From Macrostomum hystrix (Eukaryota; Animalia; Platyhelminthes), in contig CATNEN010000007.1 of NCBI GenBank assembly GCA_950097015.1, positions 496,001 through 560,000 on the forward strand: a stretch of 64,000 nt of DNA, read 5' to 3'. Positions 26,415 to 38,234 of this stretch are shown here, in pieces (within the stretch, counting starts at the first letter, position 1; each line of letters starts with the position of its first letter). Position numbers and translations under genes: made by a program. The notes beneath the pieces were generated by a model. That model did not search any database. It was not told the origin of the DNA and saw only the letters and a program-made list of their open reading frames with translations.

Positions 26415-27583
26415 GTACAATACAATACTAGTTTCGTATTGATTATGTCAATCGATCGATCTGTTCTGTTGTCAGAAGCCAATATTGCAAGCACAGCAGA
26501 CACACCAACCTTTTATTGCTGCTTTTTTTTTCTTTGCAGCACCTAATTTACATAGTAAATTTCAGCGAACACTTTCTTAAATTCTTGAACATATGTGAAT
26601 GTACTCATTGTGCCTTGCAGATCTGTTTGAATTTTTCTGAGGCTAGTTTCGTGATTTGATTTTGTGATGATTAATTTGGGACTTTTGTGACCTCTTAAAT
26701 TTATTTATCCAGTTTTTACATATTCAGCACTTTTTTTGCAAATCAGCAGATGCTATTTTTAGAAAAAAGTTTTCCTGTTTTACAATGTCGATTGGAGTTC
26801 CCATCATTATCCTGAGTAAAAGTATTGCACTCGTGCTACGACTCAAGTATTCCAATTTCATGTACATGTTTTATGGCAATACACGCGAATGTGTTGGATA
26901 AGATTCTGAATCATTTCCATATTCTAGATTCGATAATTTTCTTCAGAAGGGCAGTATTTACTTCTGGGTCGTACTAATTTTCATTATTACCTGAACTGAG
27001 CATGTAAAAATGAATATATTTTTATTTTGCATGTTCAAGACCCCGCTTAGGTTCGTTTTATTCTAGCTATATGTTTAGACACAAAATCACACTTATCAAT
27101 TGAGTTTTACGAGCAATTCGAGTTACTGAGGATTTGGTTTTTCTCACACAAAAAATTTCTTCCTCACTTCTAGATTTAATTGAATCTAGGTAACTAGGTC
27201 CCCTTAAGAAATGTACTACTTTTAAATTGCGCAATAATATGTCAACTGAAAAGTTTGCTTACTTTTGTCTTTCCGCGGAGGAGGCATTGAAAAGAAGTCG
27301 GATTCACTGATTACTCGAGTCGAAGGCTTGTTGACGCGTCTGAGATGGGTTGCGCTGCAAATACGGCTCGTAGAATAAACGACGATGCGAGTCTCAATTA
27401 GACTCCAATACCCACTTGAAATTATATAAGTCCTACACTTGCAGCGGCTTACTGCCACGGCTTAATTATACGAGTAGCTACTTCCCGACGCGCGATTGTT
27501 CCCCGTGAACAATTATTCGGCCTTCGGTCTCCGAAATTAATTCGCGAGGACCGGGTAACCTCCGAGTTCCTCCTCAGGTGAAG

Positions 27584-27979
27584 TGTTACGATTTAAACTA
27601 TGCGATTTTTACATCTACGCGCGATTAGAATATGCAGCTCTCCTGCGCGAGGATGCATTTGCAGGAGCTCTAGGATTAGCCTAGAGACTCCTGCCCTATG
27701 GCAGCCTTTGGCCGGATGAGTATAAAAGTTCTTGCACTGAGAGAAAGTAGCCCGACCGCCCCGCTCGCCCGTTCCTTCTTCGCTTGCTATTCAATCTCCT
27801 AGCTAGATCCGATATCTATTAGTCGCTAGCCTTTGCTATCCCTGGCTAGCCCATGCAAGATCCAGATAATTAAGAATACCTTATTGAAATTGGAATTGTG
27901 ACTCCTGGAAACTTCACCCAGATCTTACCTTGAACCCTTTTCCATATCTTGGTTACTAACTCAGGATCCGTGAGTAACA
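27584..27979 (+). mobile_element. Possible solo LTR
   Basis: Termini TGTTAC...GTAACA and an internal tataaaag at 27721. No TSD or PBS seen. Confidence 0.35.
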
Positions 27980-29329
27980 ATCAAATACTTGTGCTTGGGA
28001 ATTACCTTCTCTCAGTGATTGTAATAATTGCAATAATTTATAGTGAGTTGTCATCTTTTAATTGTTTGCCGTAAGACCAACAAAATATAATCCGATTGAG
28101 AGTATAAGACCGAAAGTGAGTGCAACATCAGGAAAAGATAGTCGATTTTCCACGCCTCCTCATTACTTAGAAATAGCCGTGTACAATTGGCTCTTGTCAA
28201 AGACAACTAGTAAAGATAATAAGAATACTCATTAAGCTAGACATTGATAGACCAGAGACGAATCTAAAATATTTCACAGGTAGTTCCTCAAAACTCGGGA
28301 TAACTTTTCAAAATCCCCGCTAACTGTATAGAGAGGAGCTAGGAACGCTTCTATACAGCAGACACTTAGGAGAGCAGGCATTACTAAGTGTGCCTACAAT
28401 TAAAATAACTAACTCAACACAAAAGGGGTCCTTATATATTTATTGCCTGTAGGCCGGTATAGACGACTTACGTGAAGTCGAAAACTCTTCTTGTAGGACT
28501 AATTGTCGCTGGAGACGCCGGTCGGCCCCGCTGTTCTGGATCTGAATTTCCGTGACTCCAGCGCATGTGTATTTATAGTCTTTAAAAAGTTGTTACATTG
28601 TATGGTGCAATCGCGTGATGGATCCATGCTGGTTCTGGTTGGCCTACTGACAGTTTGACATTTTCTACTAGGGAAACGGACGCTGGAGGGGTGGCTACTT
28701 GAAGTTTAAACTAAATGTGTGATATCATCGTAGAGTCATTCTATTTCCGTCGTTCTATTTTTGGTTCTTACCGTAATGACATTGTTGCGCATGCTTGTGT
28801 ATAGCGTTGCTAGGATACCGTATCTATTGTCGTAAGCGTTTTATTGTATTCGCATTGACGATGCTCTACTTTCTACTATTGAAGCGTGAGTAGTGACGTA
28901 TGTACGTATCTCGTATATGAATTTGTAATATTAAAAAATCGCATGAATTTAACTTTTATTGTTATCGTTGACTACTCTAAATTACATAAACGATTCTTGG
29001 AATTGTTTCCGAATACTGGAAATCTGCAAACCATTGCAAATCATTGAGCTCAAATAAGGGCAGCAGTGCACACTTAGCATGTTACTTCATGCATCGCATA
29101 CACCATGCGAGCCAGCTAAGCCAGAATTTCATGAGTTAATACAGAATTGGCTAATAAATGAGCATAAAATAGATTATCATGCCTTCTCAAGCTCAAATAT
29201 AGTACGAGCTAGATTTCTGCGAAGCTTTCGATTGCCCAGGGAAATAGCAATAAATTATTACTGACTTTAATGTTATTTGCATTATGGACTTCTGAGTGCA
29301 AATGTCAGTTCTATCGTACATGTAGCTAG

Positions 29330-29645
29330 CAACAATAATAACAGTGATTACATTCGCAGCAGGGCTTTGGCACAGGTGCATGTTTCCAGTTTACACTGGC
29401 AACGACGAGGCAATTCTCCCCAATCCCCTGACTTCTGAGTACACAAGCTGCGTCATGCAGGTACACAGCGATGTACATCTGTCCTGACTTTCTCATCAAG
29501 TCAGGTATGTACGAGCTGTACATTGGAGGTTGACCCTCAATGGTGTAATCCCACGACAAGCCCCCAAGTATTCGCCACGGAATCGAGCTCAGGGACCTTA
29601 GTGCGAGAGAACATAAACAAGCCGTCTACTACGCGCTTGAAGCTG
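29330..29645 (-). mobile_element. SINE-like family A copy
   Basis: cacgacaagccccc, ggaatcgagctcagggaccttagtgcgagag, cctgactttctcatca: reverse complement of family A. Confidence 0.6.
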
Positions 29646-32113
29646 CCTAAAATCATAGTGATAGTTTATGGAATCAACACATTCTGGGAGTGTAGCATTC
29701 TGAGCAGTCCCTTTGTAGGCCTTATCTTATTTTGAAATTTTTTAAGTTCCAACTCTGACCTTTTACTTCTTAGCCTTCAACGCTACTGAGAGCAGTAGTG
29801 CTGAATGCGCATTTCATGTAAATGTCATTGGCATAAGGAACAAAGCAATGAGTTGGAAAATTCACAGTCGTGGAATAGAAATATAAGCTACTTCGGTATT
29901 TCTTAGTTTTGAGAGAATTCCATGAGGATTGTCACAGATTTTTCAAAGAATACCAATCGTATTCTCCTTATCCGATTGGGTCCTTTAGATTTTCTCACAT
30001 GGTGTTTCTAATCAGCGATCGATAATTCTTTAAAAAAACTTCCACATACTTTTGAGACACATTTTGAGTGGTCAAATTTGCTTTCAAGACTGAAATAAAT
30101 ACACATTTGTTCATATTTTATTCAGTCCACCTAAAATTCTAAGCTACGTCTGGAAAGTTAACACTGGTTCAGTGTAAAAAGAGGTCTAGATCACACCGGA
30201 CAGGTAAAATCAGATACATCACTACGAGCTATCATACATCTAACCATGGTTTAGCAATACCACTCTCATTGGATGCTTCCAAGACAGCTGCATCGAATAT
30301 AGCCGTATAGCTAGATGATGGAGGGAATGTTCGTCTTCCATATATGGAAACCAGGAAATACACATTGGCGTCTTGGGGCGCATAAAATAAAGGAGACACC
30401 CAAGACGCCTTTGACCAGTGACTAGCCTAACAATATTGTAAAATCTGAGAGGCACGAGTAATCTATTTGGTTTAGAAAAATTGCACAATGCCTGGAGGTT
30501 GTGTGGAGCACCTTCTCTGCCTCACCTGCGCATTCTGCTGCATTTTTAACTGTGAGTTTTGAGTCGTTCTAAACAAACCGGATCTAACAACGAGATGTAA
30601 AAACGAGCGTAGTTGTAAAAACGATTGGCATCACCATAGTTAAAATTACAAAGCTTCAGCATTATAATGATTTCTTGTTTTCTGCAGTTTAGTATGGCAT
30701 CGGCCATCTAAAAATTATTCCAAAAAGGTTCTGATTAGCACTGTACTCGAAATTTGTATAACTTGCTGCTTTTTTTCCTTGCGCTTCAAATCGAATCCAC
30801 TCGACTAATTTTATGGTTGTCCCAGTGCTTTAACTTAGTTTTCAACGTAAATTTCAAAGACATTTCAGCACTTAGCAGGGAACTTCATGCTTCTTATTAT
30901 TTTAAGCTATATTATTGAGCCGAATAATATGTAACAGATTACAGATTATATTACCCGGAGTTGAGACGTACTATATACTCGTTTAGACTAGGAAACCATA
31001 AGCTAGCTTGCGAAACATTGCGAGCTGCCAGACAGAAAGTTCCTTATGAGAATATATGATGTAGTAAGTACAAAATTGAAGTGGAAAACGAGGTCCAGTT
31101 CTTATTCAAGTGCAGTTGGAATAGTTATAGCTCATCACGTTCGAATTTCGATAATAAAATTTCAGGGCGTGAAACTCCTAATTTCACGTCCCTAACAGCA
31201 GAAGAAAAATCTAACCACATATTGGCGGCACAAGACGACAGGGAAACCACTGAAGCACTGGCCTCACCTTTGCTTCGCTAAGTACATCATCAAGAAATAT
31301 CTAAAATAAGATACCTAAGTATCTAAGATAAGATTCAGCTGCCCCGAAGCAGCTAACATTTAAATGGCAATCAGGACGATTTGTGAATTAATTTCATTCA
31401 GTTTTTCCATCGCGTCCTTTTTATACTTTTATTTTAACTCCCATCTGCTTCCCTTACCACAGAATCTTTTTCCAATTTCTTACAACACTTTGAATTTCTC
31501 TCTTCCTTGTCGATTAGTTAAGTTTTCGAAAAATATAAAAAAAATCAGGACGTACAGATGGCGTGACCATTACAAAATAAAAATAACTAAGCTATGCTTT
31601 TTTGGGAACTCTTGGTTCTCTGCTATTGGGGGGTGCATTGTTCTTCGCTGAAATGGGGGCGAACCTTGCTTATAGGGGCATTGGTTCTATGCTTAAAAGG
31701 GGCATTGTTGGTTCTCTACGAAAGGGGGCATTGTTTTTCTGCTAAAGATGAATTATTTCTTACTAGTATCACTTACATTTACTAATTAGAGATTTAGTAT
31801 AGGTGGATGAATGGATGGATAGGTTGGTTTGTTATTATTACTACTACTACAGTTGTGTTTTATTGAGTGGATTTGCTTGTTGTTATTTGAAAAAATCGAA
31901 GTAGGCTTACTAGGAGCAGTACAAGATGTACTTTTTCAAGGCACTAACTCTGTTGCAGAACTGAAAGCTTAACATGACTACAAAGCTGAGCTCATTAATC
32001 GTTATTTCTCTGCTGCTGATCGGTAAGTTAGGTGGCTTGTTCGTTGAGGTTACATACTGATATTGTTTATTAATTATATTCGCTGGTTAGACTTGCCCAT
32101 TGGGGATACATGT

Positions 32114-32347
32114 GCTCGCACCGGTGGGACACAATGCCTGTGTGGTATGAGTCAGACCAGGCCTACGGGCTAAGGTCTGCGATGCCTCACACCTGCAGTA
32201 GTTTTTTGAGCAGGTTTGGCAGGAAGGAGACCTGTGCCTCCGGGTGAAGGAATCCTCTCCACGTTGTCCCGTCAGCTGACCCATGGGTACACGTCCCGCG
32301 AGTGTTCAAGGCTGACCCTAGGGCAGCCGGACAGAATGGGCAACAGC
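32114..32347 (+). ncRNA. HDV-like self-cleaving ribozyme (predicted)
   Basis: P1 GCUCGC 32114-19 / GCGAGU 32298-303 (G1.U wobble); P2 CCCAU 32280-84 / AUGGG 32336-40; P3 GGG/CCC around L3 UACACGU (32285-97); P1.1 A32289-U32305 and C32290-G32304; P4 32306-32331; J4/2 C32332-A-G-A. Folded by eye. Confidence 0.8.
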
Positions 32348-32403
32348 GCTGGACGACCCATCCAGGGCCTCCGGCCTAACTGGGTACCTCTAGCCCCGGT
32401 TGG

Positions 32404-32745
32404 AGGGAAAGGTGTCACCCTTTGACCTTAACAGGGTATGCGGCCAGTCCGCAGCGTTCGTGCACCTGTGCGTGATCAGGTACCTCTGGCTACGGCTCTG
32501 AGGAAAAGGTGTCACCCTTTGACCTTAACAGGGTATGCGGCCAGTCCGCAGCGTTCGTGCACCTGTGCGTGATCAGGTACCTCTGGCTACGGCTCTGAGG
32601 AAAAGGTGTCACCCTTTGACCTTAACAGGGTATGCGGCCAGTCCGCAGCGTTCGTGCACCTGTGCGTGATCAGGTACCTCTGGCTTCGGCTCTGAGGGAA
32701 AGGTGTCACCCTTTGACCTTAACAGGGTATGCGGCCAGTCCGCAG
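32404..32745 (+). repeat. 97 bp monomer, about 3.5 copies, in the LINE 5' UTR
   Basis: ggtgtcaccc occurs at 32411, 32508, 32605, 32702. Confidence 0.97.
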
Positions 32746-32977
32746 GCCTCGGCGCTGGCCAAATAGCGCCCTCTAATGTCCCAGTGTTGACCGTGCTGAT
32801 GGACGCTTGACCAGGGAGTAGTCTGGCCTCCTACGGTTCCTCCCGGTGGTCCTGGCATCCCACCCCGGGTTGTAACTTGTCTTTTTTGGCTGCCCCCGCT
32901 CAGCTTTGGGATCGCGGCTGAGCGGGTTATTCCTGCCTGTGTCTACAGGAAGCCCCTCTCCTCATTGCAGCTTTCAA

Positions 32978-34564
32978 ATGGCTTCCAGCCTACCAACTGC
33001 TCCGGCCGAGGACACCATGGTGCCCGAGGCCATACACGCTGCGGCGCCCGGGCTAGCTGGCCCCGCGACCGCCACAAATGCCGCGCTGCCCAACTCGCGC
33101 GATGACCGGGGCGCTAAGCGCTCCTCAACCTCTGGAGCGGCAAAGCGTCGTAGGCGCTTAATGGCACACGGCAAGCCGGCTCCATCGACCGAGGACCGGG
33201 CCCAGACCAGAGGGGCCGAAGGGGCTCTGCCTAGCGCGGGGGCTGGGGCGGGGGGCCTTGCGCCTCCTGCCCAGGCTCCTGCACGGGGCGGAGCCCACGA
33301 CGCCCCGAGGCCAGGGTCGCGGGCCAAGGAGGTCCCGGCGCCCATCCGGACGGCGGCTCGGCCTGAAGGAGAAGCGGAGGCAGAGGGCCCTGTGCCCACC
33401 GCCGACGCTGATCCCGAGGGTGGGGTCGCCACCGGACAGGGCCCGGGACCACATGCCACCTACGCCGCCATCGCACGTAGGCAACCTGCCGTTGTCATCA
33501 CCGGCAGAGACGGAAAAAGGCTGAGCAGCGAACAGCTCAGCAACATTTGCCGCAACATAGATGCTATGCTGTGGCAACTCCAACTGAAGGGCGAGCCCCT
33601 GGCGGTCGGCGCAAGCGCTACCAGGGAATCGTGCTTCGTCGTCTGGCCCGGCGACGCGGAATCAGGGCGGCGGCTCCTTGAGTTGCTGCCCACGCAGAGC
33701 TGGGCGGCTGGCCTCGACTTCCTCCGGGAGAACGAGCCACCAAAGACCAAGCGACACCGCATTTTCGTCCCGGCGAAAAGTGTCGTCACCAGCGCTGAGG
33801 ACCTCCGCATGGGCCTCATCGCGATGAACCGGGAGCTGCCGACAGCGGGCCTGATCGTGCACCGCACGATCCTGCGCCCCGATGGCACCGGGTTTACCGC
33901 CATTCTGGGCCTGTCCGAGCAATGGACACGCCGTTACCCAGATGGCGCCAACATCTGCATCGGTCTGTGGAAGACCAAAATCTTCGCCTTCGAGGCAGAT
34001 AAATCTCGAGGTCAGACCGGGCCCACCACCGTACCGGCCACTGAAGGGTCCTCGGACCCCGAGGTTGGGACTGGGGGCAGGGCCCAGTCGTCTCGCCAAA
34101 AAAGGCCAGAGCGTGCCATCGCTGGCAGCTCTGAGCGTCGCCCCGCGCGCATCACAAAGCGCCGGGGCCTTCTCCAGCGGGCCTCCGAGGTGGTGCGAAC
34201 CGCCAGGATGGCCCAGCTGCGCGCTGAGATGCGCGGTGGCCCACCGGGGCAGGCGCCGCAACCAAGGGCTATGGGGGAGGCCTCTAAGGTGCCCAGCTCC
34301 ATCGAGCGGGGCCCTTCGAGCGCCCCTCCCACGGCCCAGGGTGCGGTGTCGGCACCGGTTGAGGGTGACTCTGGGCCTGGGCTCAGGGCCGGGGGTGGGG
34401 ACTGGGCGGCTGACCCCGTCGAGTTCCCGCCTCTGGCTCGGGGCCGGGGCACGGAGGAGCCCATGGCTACCGACATCGACCCGGAGGAGGAGGACCGCCT
34501 TCTGGCTGAGTCCCCCTCCAAGTGCCTGCATGATGATCCCCGGAATATCATGTCTGCAAGTTAA
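32978..34564 (+). CDS. LINE ORF1 (Ala/Gly/Pro-rich, no CCHC knuckle seen)
   Basis: Open frame from 32906, first ATG at 32978; position upstream of the pol ORF. Confidence 0.8.
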   Translation: MASSLPTAPAEDTMVPEAIHAAAPGLAGPATATNAALPNSRDDRGAKRSSTSGAAKRRRRLMAHGKPAPSTEDRAQTRGAEGALPSAGAGAGGLAPPAQAPARGGAHDAPRPGSRAKEVPAPIRTAARPEGEAEAEGPVPTADADPEGGVATGQGPGPHATYAAIARRQPAVVITGRDGKRLSSEQLSNICRNIDAMLWQLQLKGEPLAVGASATRESCFVVWPGDAESGRRLLELLPTQSWAAGLDFLRENEPPKTKRHRIFVPAKSVVTSAEDLRMGLIAMNRELPTAGLIVHRTILRPDGTGFTAILGLSEQWTRRYPDGANICIGLWKTKIFAFEADKSRGQTGPTTVPATEGSSDPEVGTGGRAQSSRQKRPERAIAGSSERRPARITKRRGLLQRASEVVRTARMAQLRAEMRGGPPGQAPQPRAMGEASKVPSSIERGPSSAPPTAQGAVSAPVEGDSGPGLRAGGGDWAADPVEFPPLARGRGTEEPMATDIDPEEEDRLLAESPSKCLHDDPRNIMSAS

Positions 34565-37500
34565 CACCCAGCACTGTGTGGCAGCATCAGTCAATTTGAT
34601 GCGCACGACAGAGCGCACGATGCCGGGCCTTGTACTTGTGCAGGAGCCCTGGTTATCAAAAAACAAGCCAAGTAACATTCCTGCTGGCTATGACTGCTTC
34701 TGCATGGCAGACTCTGTCCGCCCTAGATCACTGATCTATGCTGCAAAAGCCTTAAATGCGTGGATGAGACCCGATCTCTCTAACGGGGACATCTGCGTCA
34801 TCCAATCTGCACACATTGTGCCCAACAAGTTGACCCTCGTGGCATCCGCCTACCTGGCAGGCGACGCCCCCGTGGTCAGCGATACCCTCGTCGCCCTCTG
34901 TGATTTCGCCAGGGCACGAAATTTTGAGCTGCTCCTCGCGGGAGATGCAAACTCGCATCACACCCACTGGGGTAGCTCAAAAATCAATGACCGCGGCGAA
35001 GAGCTCCTGGCCTTCGTTAGCGGCACGCCTCTTAACTTCTGCAATGTGGGCAACACGCCCACGTTCGACAATGGGCGGTGGGCTGAGGTGCTTGACGTCA
35101 CCCTGGCCTCACCCGGCATCCTCCCAAGGGTGCTGGGGTGGGAGGTGTGGGAGACCGAAAGCTCGCTCTCGGACCACCGCTTCATTCGCTTCAACATCGG
35201 TACCCCCGATAAGAAGCAAAAGCCTATCTGGAGGCGTAATGTCAGAAACACCGACTGGCCCGTGTTCAGCCAAAAGCTGCATGAGGGCCTTCGGGATTCC
35301 GACCCCTCCATGGCCATGGCAACCACGCAGGACCTAGATGGAGTGGCTGCCCTGCTGGGCGGCGCCATCACAGAGGCCTACGAAATGGCTTGCCCGCTCA
35401 AAGCCTACAAAGGCAAAAAATCGGCCCCCTGGTGGAACCCCGAGCTCGGAGTCCTGAGACGCCGAGCAAAGGCTCTCCAGAGGAGGCTGAAAATCTCGCA
35501 CGACCCTGATGACAAAGAGGCCTATACTCGCGCCATCCATGAGTTTAAGGGCCGGGTCAGAAGGGCAAAAGCGGACAAGTGGCGGCAATACTGCGAAGGG
35601 CTTGAGGGCTCGCGGCCCACGGCCCGCGTGGTAAAGGCGCTCACCAACGACCGCTTCTCCAAGCTCTCATCGATCAAAAAGCCAGACGGTTCGATCACGG
35701 AGCGCCCGGAGGAAACGCTCGAGCTTATGCTAGGGCATTTCTTCCCGAGTGTACCGGCGCACTTTGGCCCAGACGACCACTCACGTGGAGGTCAGGGCCT
35801 GGCTCAGTCACTCGTCACGAATGACCGCATCGTTCGCGCGGCAAAGTCATTCAACCCTTTCAAAGCACCTGGGCCAGATGGTATTTATCCGGCCTTTTTG
35901 CATGAAGCGGTCAAAAATGGCCGCTTCCTCCATCTCCTCTGCAGACTTCTACGGGCCTGCATCGTGCTGGGCTATGTACCAGCGCTGTGGCACGAAGCCC
36001 GGGTCGTCTTCATCCCGAAGCCCGCCAAAGGCGACTATCGCTCGGTCAAGTCCTATCGCCCGATAAGTTTGACTTCCACCTGCCTCAAGCTCATGGAAAG
36101 ACTGGTGCTTTGGCGCCTTCTTACTGTAGAGCTAGGGCGGGCCCCGCTCTCCCCAAACCAGCACGCCTTTCGGGCGGGCCGGTCCACGGAGAGCGCCCTC
36201 CACTGCATCGTGGAGACTCTCGAGAAGGCAGTGCTGGGCAGCGGTTTTGCCCTGGCTGTCTTCCTAGACATTGAGGGGGCCTTCGATAACGTTGTTTTCG
36301 AAGCTTTTGAGGAGGCCCTGGTCTCCAGGGCCACTCACCCCCACCTCGTTCGCTGGGTCATGTACATGATCCGGCATCGCCACGTGGTGGCCCACCTCGA
36401 AGGAAGGCTGCTCTCGGCACCTGTCCTAAAAGGAGGGCCCCAAGGCGGCGTCCTCACCCCACTGCTGTGGAATCTCGTCATGGATGAGCTGCTGAAAAGC
36501 ACTCGTCCAGACCCAGTCCTGAAGGTGGGATATGCCGACGATGTGACCGCCATCTGCGCGGGCCCCTCGGCGGAAACCACCAGAGACCTCATCCAGGGCT
36601 TTATCAACAGGGCGGTGCGCTGGGCGGACCAATGCGGGCTCCGACTCTCTGAGTCCAAGACCGTTGCGGTTATGTTTACCAGCAAACTGCTCTGGACCAT
36701 TAAGCCTCTGACTCTCTATGGCAAGAATATTGCCATGGAAAAGCAGGTCCGGTGCCTTGGTCTCGTGCTAGACCATAGGCTTAACTGGACCCCACACATC
36801 ACCACAAAGGCCAAGAGGGCCCTGGCCATACTGGCGCAAGTCAGGCGTGCCGTGGGCACCACCTGGGGGCTAACCCCCAAGAACCTTTGGTGGATTTACA
36901 CGGCGATCATTAGACCGTCCGTCGCTTACGCTGGCCTCATCTGGGCCAGCGCCATGGGCATCCAGAAAAACCTGGAGGCACTTTATAGGGTGCAGGGCAG
37001 AGCCTGTCGTATGACGCTGGGCGCCCCACCCTCCACTCCCTTCGAAGGCATGAATGCTTTCCTCAACGCTACACCCATTGACATTTTCGTCAAGGGGGAA
37101 GCAGCAAAGTCCACCCGTCGTCTTCTTGATGCGGGTGTCTCCTTCCAGAATTCGCGAGCCTTCTCGAAGCGCTCCCTTCTGCCTCACTCTGACCTCTGCC
37201 TGAAAACTCTGGGCGAGTGCGGAGGGCTCACCATCCTTTCGGACGGGGCCCCGGCCACTTTACTCCGGAGCCACAGGTACAAAGTCAGCATCTCCCCTCG
37301 TAATGAGGTAAAGGACTGCTGGGATGACCCGGCAGTCCACTGTTACACTGACGGCTCTCTGATGAACGGTAAATCGGGATTCGGAGTGTGCGTCGCCTCG
37401 GGTGGTGAGGTCCTCTGGACCCACTCCCAATACTGTGGCAAGAGCTCTAGCGTTTTCCAAAACGAAGTGCTCGCCATCAGCTTCTGTGCGGCTGAGCTGC

Positions 37501-38234
37501 GCCAGAGGCAGCTGGCTGGTCGGAGGATCTTTTTTCACTCCGACAGTCAAGCAGCCCTCAAGGCCCTCAGCCGCTGCACCTCTCGCTCCAGAACCACCTT
37601 GGACTGCAACACCCAGTTAAACGGGTTGGCGCAGTCTAACAAGGTGGAGCTGCTGTGGATCCCTGGGCATGCCGGGTTCACAGGGAATGAGATGGCGGAC
37701 CAGCTTGCTAAGGCTGGAGCAGCCAGCTCCCTGATGGGCCCGGGCCCGGAGTCCCCGATCCCCATCTCAGTTGTCAACTCCAGCATCAACTGCTGGATGG
37801 AGACCCAGCACCGGAGGAGGTGGTCCAGCACCCTGAACTGTCGCCTGTCCAGGGCTGCGGTGCCAACCCCCTCTAGTAACCTGCGTAAGGCCTTACTCAG
37901 GCTTAACCGCAGAGACCTAAGAGCAGTCACTATGGCTCTTTCGGGACATGGCTGCTTCACCAGACACCGCTACCTTCAAGGCCACGTGCCTGAGGAAACG
38001 TGTCCCTTCTGCTGCTCCGGACGCGAAAATGCAGAGCATTTCATCTGCCACTGCCCGGCCTTCACCCGGGCCAGGCTAAAACATCTCGGGCCGGCACCGA
38101 CTCTCGCCGAAGCCTGCTCGCCCGAGAACATCCCACAGCTCGCCCACTTCCTCCGGGATACCGGCCGAGCTGATTTCTTCCCAGCCTATGGCGAGGAAGA
38201 TCGCGCGGCGGAATCGACCGACGGACCACCCTGA
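34530..38234 (+). CDS. LINE ORF2: APE endonuclease, reverse transcriptase, RNase H, C-terminal CCHC
   Basis: LQVNTQH, LVQEPW, GDANSHH, DVTL, SDHRFI (APE); KAPGPDGI, YRPISL, FLDIEGAFD, GGPQGGVLTP, GYADDV (RT); YTDGS, QNEVLAI, HSDSQAAL, WIPGHAG, GNEMAD (RNase H); CPFC...ENAEHFICHC. No stops. ATG 34530 overlaps the ORF1 end by 35 nt. Confidence 0.97.
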   Translation: MMIPGISCLQVNTQHCVAASVNLMRTTERTMPGLVLVQEPWLSKNKPSNIPAGYDCFCMADSVRPRSLIYAAKALNAWMRPDLSNGDICVIQSAHIVPNKLTLVASAYLAGDAPVVSDTLVALCDFARARNFELLLAGDANSHHTHWGSSKINDRGEELLAFVSGTPLNFCNVGNTPTFDNGRWAEVLDVTLASPGILPRVLGWEVWETESSLSDHRFIRFNIGTPDKKQKPIWRRNVRNTDWPVFSQKLHEGLRDSDPSMAMATTQDLDGVAALLGGAITEAYEMACPLKAYKGKKSAPWWNPELGVLRRRAKALQRRLKISHDPDDKEAYTRAIHEFKGRVRRAKADKWRQYCEGLEGSRPTARVVKALTNDRFSKLSSIKKPDGSITERPEETLELMLGHFFPSVPAHFGPDDHSRGGQGLAQSLVTNDRIVRAAKSFNPFKAPGPDGIYPAFLHEAVKNGRFLHLLCRLLRACIVLGYVPALWHEARVVFIPKPAKGDYRSVKSYRPISLTSTCLKLMERLVLWRLLTVELGRAPLSPNQHAFRAGRSTESALHCIVETLEKAVLGSGFALAVFLDIEGAFDNVVFEAFEEALVSRATHPHLVRWVMYMIRHRHVVAHLEGRLLSAPVLKGGPQGGVLTPLLWNLVMDELLKSTRPDPVLKVGYADDVTAICAGPSAETTRDLIQGFINRAVRWADQCGLRLSESKTVAVMFTSKLLWTIKPLTLYGKNIAMEKQVRCLGLVLDHRLNWTPHITTKAKRALAILAQVRRAVGTTWGLTPKNLWWIYTAIIRPSVAYAGLIWASAMGIQKNLEALYRVQGRACRMTLGAPPSTPFEGMNAFLNATPIDIFVKGEAAKSTRRLLDAGVSFQNSRAFSKRSLLPHSDLCLKTLGECGGLTILSDGAPATLLRSHRYKVSISPRNEVKDCWDDPAVHCYTDGSLMNGKSGFGVCVASGGEVLWTHSQYCGKSSSVFQNEVLAISFCAAELRQRQLAGRRIFFHSDSQAALKALSRCTSRSRTTLDCNTQLNGLAQSNKVELLWIPGHAGFTGNEMADQLAKAGAASSLMGPGPESPIPISVVNSSINCWMETQHRRRWSSTLNCRLSRAAVPTPSSNLRKALLRLNRRDLRAVTMALSGHGCFTRHRYLQGHVPEETCPFCCSGRENAEHFICHCPAFTRARLKHLGPAPTLAEACSPENIPQLAHFLRDTGRADFFPAYGEEDRAAESTDGPP

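Noticed and set aside
28447-28841. Possible minus-strand solo LTR (tgtagg...atgaca with a TATA-like motif)
   Set aside because: Termini are not complementary beyond TG/CA; no TSD, PBS or second copy.
32125-32272. Alternative HDV register using GUGGGAC/GUCCCGU as P1 and UCCACGU as L3
   Set aside because: No P3 can close that loop; these strands fit better as the stem closing the J1/2 insert.
32974-34678. Long minus-strand ORFs over LINE ORF1, and the 33882-34529 extension of ORF2
   Set aside because: Shadow frames of GC-rich coding sequence; recognisable ORF2 homology begins only near ATG 34530.
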